From: Podarcis pityusensis
Taxonomy: Eukaryota
DNA: 64,000 nt
NCBI GenBank assembly: GCA_964106645.2
Contig: OZ067043.1
Direction: 5' to 3' (one strand)
A model generated the notes under the pieces. That model made no database searches and was not told the DNA's origin. It saw only the letters and a list, made by a program, of their open reading frames with translations. Of the stretch, positions 26,389-38,583 are shown in pieces; position 1 is the stretch's first letter; each line of letters starts with the position of its first letter. The position numbers and the translations under genes were made by a program.

Positions 26389-27835
26389 GCTGTGCAGGAG
26401 GAGGCTGGTGGAAAAAGAAGGGGAAATGTCACCAGTTTTTTTGTGAATGGCGTGAGGCAGAGGCAGCTGTATTGCAGTGAGAGGCTCTTGTAAGGAAAAG
26501 GGGCTTGAATCAGGAGCTCAGCCCTGCACCACATTGTCACGGAATAATGTGTTAGACAGCCTTCTACTGTCTCTGCCGCCTACATGCCCAAGTCAATGGG
26601 GCCTTTGTTCCTGGCGCACTGGAAGAATGTGTGAGCTAATGGGGGTAGTGGGAGTTTAAGCTTAGTTACAGAGGCCTTGCTAAATTTCCCAGAGGGACCT
26701 AGTATTTCCTGAAGCCTTGCCTGCTGAAGGGTCGAGCTTTGTAGATAGTACAAATCCTGCTCTGAATGATAAGACTCCCTTGTCTAGATGCATGTGGCTT
26801 CCTCCCTCCCTCTCCCACCCCCTCCACTCCCCCAATAAAACTCTGCCTGTTCATTGTGCAGCCGCTAGCCCTGCCCTCCCTGTTCTGTAATGGGGTGGTT
26901 ACACACACAGCTTCATGCAGAAAGTGGGTGAAACTACATCAGGGGCACCATTGAATCAATATATTAATTAATTTATACCCCTTTATACCCCAGTTTTCAT
27001 CCGAATGGGTTCTTAAACAATTAACTTATGGGAGACAGAAAAATATATTAACAATAAGCAGCCCTTACTTAAGCTTTCTTTCAGTCTGAATTTCATAGAG
27101 TGCAGAACTTTTCCAGTGGTGGTTATGGAATGTTCTCCCTAGAGAAGCTCACCTGCCGCTTTCACTAATTCACCTGCGCCATCAATAAGGGCACTAGCAA
27201 ATCCTTGGGTGGCAGGCACCATCTTCTCCTCTGCTGAAGGGGTGAGGAGATGGTCTTCTGAAAGGGTGTGTGCTGTGACATGCATATTTTTTTAAAAAAG
27301 TGCGTTCCCCTCTTTTATTCACAGGCTGATTGCATTTATGAAGACTCATAAAAGTTGTCTGCTGAGTTTTCTGTGATCAAGTGACAGTTCTAATTGAAAA
27401 ATACAATTTGGGTGTTCTGTCTTGTCTAGTTAGTCAACAGGGGCCTGAATTACATGGCCCATGGAAGACAGATTTTCAACAGAGATTTCCTGTATATTTG
27501 CAGGCCGTCCATCCAAAGAGATACTCAATATATGAGGGAAGAGATGGAGGTTGCTAATATTATCTGGGAGTCTGGTGGGCTTTAATCTCTTCTTGAAAAT
27601 GACAATGGATGGAGGAAGGCAGATGTTGAGGGGGCAGTGATATGGGGCAGCTAAGGGAATGCACACAGACGTTGGGAAGAGGTAGAAATCTTTATCTTTT
27701 TTTAAAAAATTGTCTCATGAGCCCCAGGGGGGATGAGAAGGAAGACAAAGATAAATAGGATGAATTAAGGGAGATGGTAAAATTCAGAGGCATGTAGGAA
27801 CAGCATGAACTGAATGAAATGAACATAGTGAAAAC

Positions 27836-28520
27836 TAAAGCTGGGCGATATCAGCTTTTCAACATGGCGATACACCACGATGTTGAAAAAATAATCTGCA
27901 TTGGCCTCGGCCTGCGAGGCGCCGGGTGAAACCGCTGCAGCTCTCACCGCAGCAGCTGAGGCGGTTTCACCCCAGCACCTAGTGGGCTGGGGCAACACAG
28001 CTTGTTTACACGGCTCTGCTGGGGGTGGGGATCCTTCTCCATCCCCTATCCTCTCACTGCTCGTGGATGACCGGGGGAAGCTTCAGGGCTCCTTCGTGTG
28101 GCTCTGCTGGGGATCGGGAGCCCTCCTCAGCAGAGCCATCCCCACTTGCGTGGAAGCCAGCACCAAGCTGGGGGATCCTTTAATTGCTCGGCTGAGGGGA
28201 GCGGCAACCGCACACTCCTCAGCCGAGCAGTTTAGGGATGCACCAGTGCCTCACCGATGCAGCTTGCTTCTCCTCCTGCGCAGTGTGAGGGCAGAGCGCA
28301 ATGTCGGTTTCACTCAGCGGTATTTTGCTGGTGAGACCGCTGCCGCTCCTGAGTCCCTCTGCTAGCAGCGCCCGCTGGAGGGAGTCAAGAGTCTGTGAGC
28401 ATTGGAGGGACTCAGGAGCGGTAGTGGTTTCACCAGCGATATGCCGCAGAGTGAAGCCGACATCATGGTCTGCTCCTCATACTGGTCCCGGGCGATATAT
28501 TGATCTATTGCCTGGGCCTA
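27836..28520. mobile_element. Non-autonomous hAT-like element, GC-rich
   Basis: Degenerate TIRs TAAAGCTGGGCGATAT / ...TATTGCCTGGGCCTA, repeated gcgata motifs and internal hairpins (ggtgaaaccgc...gcggtttcacc). TSD is not clean. Confidence 0.6.
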
Positions 28521-28826
28521 GTGTGAGGAGTGCCATAGATCAAGATGACCCAAAGGGATGTGCTGGAGAAGTGACATTAGTGGCGCAGGTGAAAGAGGCT
28601 TGAGATAAGAAATGGGTGAGACATTGCAGCAAAGCCTGGTTGTGGTCACCATCAATGAGAGAAGGCATCAATACATTAAATGATATGAACAACATGTATA
28701 TATTTTGACATAACATTTTCAATAATCACTGCAACACCCCTGCAAATTTTTAATTGGGCTGAGCCTAATAGCATGCCTAAAACCAGAGGGAGGGCTGGAA
28801 CCAGCTACCCAGCCTTTCAATGCACG

Positions 28827-29190
28827 TAAAAGGTAAAGGACCCCTGGATGATTAAGTCCAGTCAAAGGTGACTATGGGGTTGCGGCGCTCATCTTGCTTT
28901 CAGGCCAAGGGAGCTGGCATTTGTCCACAGACAGCTTTCCGCGTCATGTGGCCAGCATGACTAAACTGCTTCTGGCGCAACAGGACACTGTGATGGAAAC
29001 AAGAGCACATGGAAATGCTTTTTACCTTCCCGCCGGAGCGGTACCTATTTATCTACTTGCACTTTGACGTGCTTTCAAACTGCTAGGTTGGCAGGAGCTG
29101 GGACAGAGCAACAGGAGCTCATCCCGTGGCGGGGATTCGAACCACCAATCAGCAAGCCCAAGAGGCTCAGTGGTTTAGACCACAGCACCA
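28827..29190 (-). mobile_element. Sauria SINE
   Basis: aaaaggtaaagg tail, ggtacctatttatctacttgcac core, ggggattcgaacc B-box. Confidence 0.85.
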
Positions 29191-29619
29191 GGGGTGGGGA
29201 AGCAGTGAATGTCCAGATCTTCCAACCTCCCCGCCCCCCCCAAAAAAAACTGAGAGAAAGGTAAAGTGTGTTGATATGGGTGTGCATTAAATGTTCACTA
29301 GGAATTGATGCATTTATTGGTTTTCCCCCTGAATTGAAATGATGCGGCACGACTTATTAAAGAGAGAAGCTTCTTCACTGAGTCAGTGAATTCACAGTTG
29401 GAAGATGGTCTTGTAACCAGTGTCTTATCTAAACATTATGGCAGTGTTGCAAAACTCTTCAGAAAGGTGCTTACCCACCTCCTTCTCTGCTCACCTCAGC
29501 TATTCTTTTTGCCTTCTCTCGACCACAAATAGAGATTGAGCATCAATCTGATAGCTTGGAGGCTGACAAAGGAAGAGCCTCCATGATGCATAGTGGGACT
29601 TTGGGTCCAAGTAAGTAGA

Positions 29620-29858
29620 CATGACACCATAGCAGACCTGTGCTTAGAACATTGCAGTAAGATAGTGTTGGTGGGCAGAGGAGGAGGTTGGTTTCATGTG
29701 TAGAGATGCGGGGGGTTCTCTCTCCCCTGTCGAGGGCAATATGCCTCTGAATACCCATTGCAGGCTTCCCCCAGGCATCTGGCTGATGACTGTGAGAACA
29801 GGACATTGGACTGGATGGACCTTGGATCTGATTCAGCAGGTCTTTCCTTATGTTCTTA
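29620..29858 (+). mobile_element. CR1 3'-UTR fragment
   Basis: gcctctgaatacc...caggcatctggctg..actgtgagaacagga..ctggatggacc..tctgattcagcagg..cttatgttctta. Confidence 0.6.
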
Positions 29859-32469
29859 GATGCTTGAACCTTTCTCCTGACTATGCTTGTCCCAAAACTG
29901 CCTTCCCTCCCTTTTATTTCTTAGCCAGGTTCTGCACCAAGAAGCGAAGGCAGAGGGGAGGAGTAATGGATGGAGGAGAAGTTCAGCTTCCTCTCTTGCT
30001 TCTCTGCTTTAAGACTCCTCTGATTAATTGGCATGGCCAGCACTTCAACACTAGAGATGTTGTGCTACCATCCCATCTACCTGGACCTTTTGCATTTAGC
30101 ATGAGGCCTCGTTTTAACAACAACAAAATGTGTAGAAAAAATACAAAAACTTGCTTAACTCATGTTTTAATTGGATTGGCAGCAGCTGTGCGTTCAACTT
30201 TAACATGTCAGCACAGTATACTGATCTCAGATGTGCTGACCTCACACTAGTAGGTACCAAGATCCCAGCATAAATGTGATGCCAAGCAAGTAGACGTTTG
30301 CACCAGTAAAGTACCTTTCTTTTTTAAAAAATTAAAACTTCTGTCATCATGGGTAATCTGGACCTCTTGAGTCCTGAATGGAAAAAGAGAGAGTCCCATG
30401 TATGTTTAAATACAGCTGCTTTTTGACTCAACTTCTAACTTTGACGTGCTGGTAACTATTTAAGGCAAATGAGTTCTTAGGTGGTTTGTTGGGGGCCTTG
30501 GGGCATTTTTATTTCACCTGGCCATGGGGATTTAGCATCTATTTGTTTTTTTTTTGTAACTCTCTGACTGTTTTACTGTAAATTTCTACCTTTTGATTTC
30601 TGTTCCTTTTAAGGGTGCATTGTTTTCTGCACATTGCATGGGAGAGTGTTCTGTAAATGTTAAAAGTGCATATCCATGGAGGGTGTGTGAGGAGGAACTC
30701 CCTTGAAGGAATATTTTCCTTGCTGTTTATGTCTTAGACTTAACAGAGGGTGTTTACTTTGAGGCATTAATTTTTGTGCCTCAGGGAGACACTGCGTGTT
30801 CTAGGAGTCAGATGTGTTTGCAGCATTCCCCCATTAATACTGTGCCTGAAGGAATCGTGCCCATAGTGGAACCTGTATAGCAGTGTTTGTGGTGGAAGGG
30901 AGAGAAGCGTCTTGCCTTTGCTGGAGACTCTTGCCTTGCTTCTGGTTGCAGCGAACACACTCCTGCGAGAAAATAGGAAGTTTCTGTGTGGCGATTGAGT
31001 TGATCAGGTAGCATTCTCTGTCCCCACTGCCACCTTTGCCCATATGTCCCTGGATGAACATTGTTTACTCCAAAAGAATTGCTTGTTTTGTTAAGTTAAA
31101 TGTGCTGGCTATTGAGAAGGGCTCTCAAAAGGCTGAGCTCCCGAGCAGGGATCAAGAGTGCGAGGGTTTCAGCCTATGCTTATCTCATGAAGGCAATCTT
31201 CTCACAATCTGGCACTTTTATGAGGAGCGTCAGCTGGCAGGGATATTTTATGATATAAATTATCCATCCGTTCTGAAGAGCGCAAAGACAATGGGGCTTT
31301 TGTGCTCTGAGAATAAGAGAGGGGCCTTCATGGACATGGCCATACTTTTCCTTCTCTCTCTATTTATAGATTCAAGGCTGTAGCACTTCCTTAGCATTGT
31401 TGGTATTCATGCAAAGAGATCAAGGAGGCGAGAACCTTCTCCTGCCCCCCAAAGTCATTTCAGTCCAGCTTCCTTTGCTGCTGCTGACAGGAACTTTGAA
31501 AAACCACTTCTCAGCAAAGCAGATGAAATCTTCAGGATAGAGTCATGAGGTAGTGCTGGTTTGCAGCTTTTGAGTCGGACCACCCCGTCCTCAGTGCCCT
31601 ATTTTTGTGTCTTACTCCTTTGCTGCAGTGTGACAGCAGAACATTTATTGCCTCAGCCAACACCTAGTTTAACTAGAGGAACGCTTTTGGGGGGTGGTGG
31701 CATAGGCCCAAACACCCTACCCCCAAGTCAAAATGATAATAGCCACAGCACCTTCCCTGGTCTCCTAGTTTGAGATTTGATGGCCTGGTTCCTCTCCTTA
31801 GTGGGCTGCTGGTGGCTGGTCTTCCATTTATCAATGACCTGGAGGCTGGGGTGACTGGGGAGGGGAGTGCCCCTGTGCACAACTTTGCTTATACTGGTAT
31901 ACAGGTGATATGGCTTGAACTGTGTTAAAACATTCATTAATCTAGCAAAGTATTCATTCATCTCTTGATTTTGGGCTGTGACTTTAGCATCCTTGGTACT
32001 TAAGGTCTTTCTTTTAAAATGGCAAGGCTAGAAGCTCCATACATACAGAACATGTGCACTCTCCCTGTGGCACTAGGGATGCTTGCAACCTTGGGAGCAC
32101 TTCAGGTGAAAGGTGAAGCATGAGCAACTTGCACATCTCCCCTCACTCTCCCAGACACCCTTTTAATTGAGCATTCCTTATTATTTGTGCTCATGATTGT
32201 TATCAGGGCAGTTATATACAATACTGTACAGTACACTTTCAGTGGCATTGTACATCCAGTAGGTTTGCGGGAAATCATTCTTTTTCATTTGCAGTAGGTG
32301 CATGCCCTGTGGTTTCCTGCTAAATCCTATAACTTTTCCTGACACAGATGCTCTGGGGTTTTTGTCCTGCTTTTGTTGCAGTATAGTGAAGAGTGTGATA
32401 GGACTGGAGAAGCATAATAGAACAACTAATGATGTGTGGACAGTCCAGTAGAGAGTCAGTGGCGTGGCA

Positions 32470-32509
<40 letters not shown>

Positions 32510-32795
32510 TTTATTTATATCCTGCCCTCCCCAGCCGAAGCCAGGCTCAGGGCGGCTAACAACAATAAAACAGTACCACAGTGCAACACAACACTCTAAA
32601 ATCATTCCTTATAAAATTAATTCAAATCAAACCAATGGCAACCATTGGGCCAGAGCTCCGCAAAGATTGCCGAAGGAGGGAGTCAGGCTGTGCCCTGGCC
32701 AAAGGCCTGGTGGAACAACTCTGTCTTGCAGGCCCTGCGGAAAGAAGTCCCGCAGGGCCCTAGTCTCTTGTGACAGAGCGTTCCACCAGATCGGA
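32470..32795 (-). mobile_element. L2 3' end with (AAT)n tail (same subfamily as 20545)
   Basis: Highly similar to 20545-20820; encodes PIWWNALSQETRALRD. Confidence 0.9.
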
Positions 32796-33725
32796 GAATC
32801 TTCAAAGAATGAAGCTGGAACAGGTATGGAAGTAATTTTGAAAGAGTTATCTTTCTTCATCAAGATTATTGAAGTTGCTCTCTCCTTTCTGCAAGAGGAA
32901 AATATATTGCTTCTGTACTTTCTAACACACCTCCTCTCTGAAGAAAACATGTTAAATGCATTTTCTATCCATTCTGTTTAGACCTGCATGCACCTTTTGT
33001 GCAGAGTAACTCAGCACAAGGTTAATATAAAACTTAAAATCCACTTTTGTAGCACAAAGCCCATCCCTTTTGCTAGTATAAAGTAAAAATAATGAAGCTA
33101 GTTTTGTAGCATGAAGCCCATCCTTTAAGCCAACCCTAATATTTTTGGCATCTGAAGAAAGGCAAAAGTTGACCTTCTGCTCTTCTTTGGAATAAATAAA
33201 CCATTTCTTTAAAGGCTTTCTGACACTGGCATGCTGAAATGACTGGGCTTGGGTTTTGGTTTTGTTTTCTATTTAAAATATGCTGGTTTGGTTCTGGACA
33301 TCAACTAGAAGCCTGGCTGCAAAGAAAAATAGTGTCGGAAGAGTTAAGCATGCACACTTGTTTGCTGGTGTAAATGTGCAATTTAACCCATAGGGCCTAA
33401 GTACATGTTACATATAAACATGTGTAGCTGAACCCTGATAGCCATATCCCCCCAGGAGAAACTGTTCAAGAGGGAGGTAGTTTCAGCAGAGGAGTACAAA
33501 ATCATAGAATTGTAAAGTTGGAAAGGACTGAAGGTCATCTAGTCCAACCCACTGCAATGCAGGAGTCTCAGTCAAATCATCCATGACAGATGGCTACCCA
33601 ACCTGTGTTTGAAAACCTCCATGGAAGGAGAGTCTACCACCTCCTGTGGGAGTCTGTTCCACTGTCAGGCAGCCCATGCTGTCAGAAATTCTTTGTGATG
33701 TTGAGTTGGAATCTCCTCTCTTGTA

Positions 33726-33953
33726 CAGCGGTACCTCGGTTTTCGAACTTAATCCGTTCTGGAAGTCCGTTCTTAAACCAAAGCCATTCTTAAACCAAGG
33801 TGCACTTTCCCTAATGAGGCCTCCCACTGCTGGTGCCCTTCCACCATTCGGCTTCCATTTGTAGACCGAGGTTAAGTTCGCTAACTGGAACACTGTTTTG
33901 CGGAATACCGAATAGTTCATAAACAGGGCTGTTCTTAAACCCAGGTACCACTG
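33726..33953. mobile_element. Tigger-type MITE nested in CR1
   Basis: TA + CAGCGGTACCTCGGTTT...AAACCCAGGTACCACTG + TA. Confidence 0.85.
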
Positions 33954-34294
33954 TAATATGAATCCATTGGTTCTGGTCCTACCCGACCGAGAAAAGGAGA
34001 AAGCAAGCATGCTCCATCTTCCATGTGAGAGCCCTTTGAATATTGGAAGATGGCTCTCATCTCTCCTCCGAGTCTCCTCTTTTCCAGGATAAACAAACCC
34101 AACTCTCTCAACCATTACTCATAAGGTTTGGTTTCCAGACCCTTAATCATATTGGTATCCCTCCTCCACACACAACTCTAGCTTGTCAGTATCCTTCTCG
34201 ATTTGTGGTGCCCAGAACTGGACACGGTACTCCGGGTGTGGACTGACCAAGGCAGAGTAGAGCGGTACTGTTACTTCCCTTGAAGTAACATACC

Positions 34295-34492
34295 ATTGCA
34301 CCCTCTTGACAGTGGAATGGACTCCTTCAGAAGGTTGTGGACTCTCCTTCTTTGGAGGTTTTTCAACAGAGGTTGGATTGCCATCTGTCATGGATGCTTT
34401 AGTTGACATTTCCATGCATTGCAGTGGGTTGGACTAGAAGACCCTCAGGGGTCCCTTCCAACTTGACCATTCTATTGTTCTGTGATTCTGTG
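34295..34492 (+). mobile_element. Second CR1 3' end inserted antisense within the CR1
   Basis: ggactctccttctttggaggttttt..cagaggttggat..catctgtcatggatg...gcagtgggttggactagaagaccc...ttctgtgattctgtg. Confidence 0.75.
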
Positions 34493-34574
34493 CAGCCTAG
34501 AATAGCATTACCTTTTCCCACCTACTGATTCTTGGCTCCAAATCCCTTCCCCCTCCCAGCTTCTCCTAAATAGT

Positions 34575-35495
34575 AAAAAGGTAAACAGGTAAATGACCTG
34601 GACTGTTAATTCCAGTCAAAGGCGACTATGGGGTGCGGCACTCATCTCGCTTCAGGTCGAGGGAGCCGGTTTTTGTCCACAGACAGCTTTCCTGGTCATG
34701 TGGTCAGTAGGACTAAACTGACAACGGGACACCGTGACGAGTGCCAGTGTGCACGAAAATGCTGTTTACCTTCCCACCACAACGGTACCTGTTTATCTAC
34801 CGTATTTTTCACCCTATAGGACGCACCGTCCCATAAGGCGCACCTAGTTTTTTGGGGGGGAAATAAAGGGGGGGAAATTATTTCCCCCCCAGGCGCGGGG
34901 CTGGGGCGGGGGAAGCCCGAGCTTCCCCCGACCCCAGCCCCCAGAACAGGCAACTCTCCGCAAGCCGCAGGAGCCCAGCACCGGGCTCCCGCGCCTTGCG
35001 GAGAGCTGCGCCAAGCCTGGGCGCGCTGATTTCAGCGCGCGCAGGCTTCAGCGTGCAGGCAACTCTCCGCAAGCCGCGGATGCCCAGCTCCGGGCTCCCT
35101 CGCCTTGCGGAGAGCTACCCGAAGCCCCGGCGCGACTGCTCAGCACGCCGGGGCTTCGGGATAAGAGGCAGCTCTGCGCAAGCCGGGGGAGCCCGGGGGG
35201 AACTCCCACGGGCTCCCAAGGCTTGCGGATAGCTTCCTGAAGCCTGGAGAGGGAGAGGGGTCAGTGCGCACCGACCCCTCTCGCTCTCCAGGCTTCAGCA
35301 AAACCCTGCATTCGCCCCATAGGACACACACACATTTCCCCTTCATTTTTGGAGGGGGAAAAGTGCGTCCTATAGGGCGAAAAATACGGTACTTGCACTG
35401 GTAGGCTTTTTAACTGCTAGGTTGGCAGATGCTGGGACAGAGCAAAGGGAGCTCACCCCATTGTGTGGATTCAAACTGCCAATTGGCAAGCCCCT
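34575..35495 (-). mobile_element. Sauria SINE interrupted by a DNA-transposon MITE
   Basis: The SINE core tttatcTActtgcac is split at its TA by the 34800-35389 insertion. Confidence 0.85.
34800..35389. mobile_element. Tc1/mariner (Tc2/pogo-like) MITE, CpG-rich
   Basis: 27-bp TIR CCGTATTTTTC(A/G)CCCTATAGGACGCAC with one mismatch; TA duplication at 34798-99 and 35390-91. Confidence 0.9.
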
Positions 35496-35811
35496 TAAGA
35501 GTCTAATTGTAGTGAGGTTTTTTTTTGTTATTAAAAATAAAAGCATGCTTATCTCATCACTCTTTAGTTTCTCCGCCCATCTTCCCCCCAAAAATGGTTT
35601 AGAAATAACTTCTAAAATAAAAGCAAGTGATAAAAAAATTTAATCCCTCAACACCAGAAAGTTTGGTGGTAATCTGTGTTGTAAACCTTTTTGTCTCAGA
35701 AACAGTTATTTCTAAAACAGGCAAACATTCCCAATTTTGTGGCCTTTCCTCCGAGCCGGATTTTTGGGAGAAAAAGGCTTGCTTATTTATTCTTTCCAGT
35801 AATTGCTGAAC

Positions 35812-36166
35812 GGGGACGCGGGAGGCGCTGTGGGTAAAACCACAGTGCCTAGGACTTGCCGATCGTATGGTCGGCGGTTCGAATCCCCGCGGCGGGGTGA
35901 GCTTCCGTTGTTCAGTCCCTGCTCCTGCCAACCTAGCAGTTCGAAAGCACCCTTATGTGCAAGTAGATAAATAGGTACCACTTTATAGCGGGAAGGTAAA
36001 CGGCGTTCCGTGTGCTGCTCTGGTGCAGGCTCGCCAGATGCAGCTTCGTCACGCTGGCCACGTGACCCGGAAGTGTCTGCGGACGGCGCCAGCTCACGGC
36101 CTATAGAGTGAGATGAGCGCACAACCCTAGAGTCTGTCAAGACTGGCCCGTATGGGCAGGGGTACC
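35812..36166 (+). mobile_element. Sauria SINE, full-length head
   Basis: ggggacgcgggaggcgctgtggg head, ggttcgaatccc B-box, perfect 12-bp TSD taattgctgaac (35800-11 and 36167-78). Confidence 0.9.
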
Positions 36167-36483
36167 TAATTGCTGAACAGCAAACTACAAAGCGTTCTAG
36201 CAACTTTAATTTATTATGCTCCCCCCCCCCATGTCCTGTGGTGCATATAGGAGAGGAAAAACAATTGATGTGAATGACTTTCTCAGCAGCCACTAAGCAG
36301 TAGAGCAAGGTCTGGACCTTTTGGGATTACCCAACTTTCGTGGAGATTTTTCTGTTCTTACTTGTTATTCATTGGAATCCTCTGTGCTGTAATGGGACCA
36401 TGTTTTGAATTCCATGTTAGGAATAATAATCTCGCAAGGTGAAGTTTTTGAGGGATACCTTGGTTATCTATTAAAATTATACA

Positions 36484-36647
36484 CAGGCAACTCCCCATTT
36501 ACACAGGGGTTGTCTTCCAAGGCACCGAGCATGTCAGTGGGACACGTGTAAGCCCGTTCTGCCCCTGCCCCCCTCCGGTGCCAAAAACGGCATGTGTGTC
36601 AGCGGTCATGCGTGTGCCAAACATGCACAAATGGGAAGTATTGCCTG
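36484..36647. mobile_element. Diverged Tigger-like MITE
   Basis: Imperfect TIRs CAGGCAACTCCCCATTT / AAATGGGAAGTATTGCCTG. Confidence 0.55.
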
Positions 36648-37627
36648 CATTGTAATGTTATACAAGATGCTTACAAATTCAGGAAGGGCAGCCCCTGCTT
36701 TGAGGGGCTTATAACATCAAAATTGAGACAGCAGAGAAAAAAGAGGGAAATGGGAGCAGGAGGAAACCATAAATAATATTTTATTATTTTCGGTTACACA
36801 TACTTCAGCTTAGTTACAGCAGCTGGTTATGTGGACTAGTTGACTGTTCTACATGCTTCATGGAAAAGGTGGGTTTTGAGAAGGAAGCAAGAGAGATGGC
36901 TTCAGAGGGGCACTTCTGGAAGGCCAACCAACATTTGGGGCCAGGGTGGTTGCTGAAAAGGAAGACTGAAAAGCCACATGCACACCCCAGCCTTTTGAAA
37001 CCCAAGCTTTAGTATTTTATTGACCCATTGTGGGTTTTGTTCTGTTGCATTAGCACAGTGGCCTGTTTTTGAACTGTTTTATAATATGACACCTGCAAGC
37101 AAAACATCTAGTTGCCTTTGCTTAAGGCTTGTTGCCTCTCTAGATCATGCATGCTAGACTTTCCCATGGACAGCATTGATGGAAGGAGCCCACATTTAGG
37201 GCCTCTCCAGAAACTTGCTTTTGCAAATCCAGGTTATTGGTGTTTTAGCTTGGGTTGAAATGGAAGAAACAAAACCTAGGAAATATGAGGTTGTGTGCCA
37301 GGAGGTTTTTAAAAATATATATTGGCTTTGGCACTTGCTATTAAAATCTGTGCCCCTTGTGGTCCTGCTGTTCTTAGTGCAAGCTTTGCTGCTGCGTGAC
37401 ACAGTACAAAGACTGCAGTTTCCAGTCTAAGCTTAAGCACTCCAGAGGAGAAAGGAACTCCTTATTTCTTCCACTGTGGGTCAATTTATACATTGTTATC
37501 AAATTCCCAAATACGGGCTCATGTTTACATGCATTTGCATGGAAGAAGTATCATGTGAGCTGAAATTCTTTGCATACCTGCTTATATGTAATTATCACTA
37601 CAGCGGCAGCATCTTCTACTGCTATCT

Positions 37628-37976
37628 TAAAGGTAAAGGTTAAGGGACCCCTGACCATTAGGTCCAGTCGTGATCGACTCTGGGGTTGCGGCGCTCATCT
37701 CGCTTTATTGGCCGAGGGAGCCGGCGTACAGCTTGCGGGTCATGTGGCCAGCATGACTAAGCCACTTCTGGTGAACCAGAGCAGCGCATGGAAACGCCAT
37801 TTACCTTCCCGCCGAAGTGGTAACTATTTATCTACTTGCACTTCATGCTTTCGAATTGCTAGGTTGGCAGGAGCAGGGACCGAGCAACGGGAACTCACCC
37901 CGTCGCGGGGATTCAAACCGCCGACCTTCTGATTGGCAAGTCCTAGGCTCTGTGGTTTAACCCACAGCGCCACCCG
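37628..37976 (-). mobile_element. Sauria SINE
   Basis: Highly similar to 18735-19086 and in the same orientation. Confidence 0.9.
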
Positions 37977-38483
37977 CTGCAGAGATGTACTGATGAGTAC
38001 ACACATAAATTATAGCACTGAGGGAGCAAGACCATTAAATGGGTCCAACTGTCAAGGCAGTTTCTGCCTGTGCTGTAGAAGGAAGTCGGGAGTAGATGGG
38101 GTTCCTCAACCTGGGAAGGAAAACTCTGTTCCGAAACCTCCACTGCCTTGCAGGATATCTTTGGAAGAAGAAAAGACTAAGGAGTAAAAAAATCCAGAGT
38201 AGAGTTCCTAAGACAGTTGCATGGCACATTGTACGCCTCCTCCTGGGAATGCTTGCAGCCACATATATTGCTGTGCTTTCCTTTGGACCACATCAGCGAG
38301 ACCGAGAGAGAGGTCTTGTCGTCTGGGCAGCCCAGGACCTCCATACAGGCTTCACCCTGAGGAGGTCACTTCAGTGCTGCTAACACAGCGATTTGACTTC
38401 ACTCCTGTTGTTGACAGGTGCCAACAACAACAGGGACAATCTGAGGGACCCAATGAAACTGTGAATATGCTAGTGCATCTTAT

Positions 38484-38583
38484 TGCAGTTATTGCGTTGT
38501 TACACACCAGTCTCCTCGCATGACTAAGAAGTGCAGTTATTGCGTTGTTACACACCAGTCTCCTCGCATGACTAAGAAGTGCA
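38484..38583. repeat. Perfect 48-bp tandem duplication
   Basis: tgcagttattgcgttgttacacaccagtctcctcgcatgactaagaag twice, then tgca. Confidence 0.95.

Larger units (their letters stand above)
33500..34528 (-). mobile_element. CR1 LINE 3' fragment hosting two insertions
   Basis: [36 protein letters not shown] (CR1 RT C-terminal motif), CR1 tail at about 33500, and CR1-like sequence resuming at about 34492 (gcagcctagaatagcatt). Confidence 0.8.

Noticed and set aside
29696-30250. 184-aa ORF and the other 60-170 aa intronic ORFs
   Set aside because: They have no recognisable domains, partly overlap TE fragments, and show no splice-consistent exon chain. This is the expected chance background.
34800-35389. 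CpG-island promoter or alternative LAMC1 first exon
   Set aside because: The GC-rich block coincides exactly with a TIR/TSD-bounded MITE. There is no signal-peptide exon or supporting splice donor.
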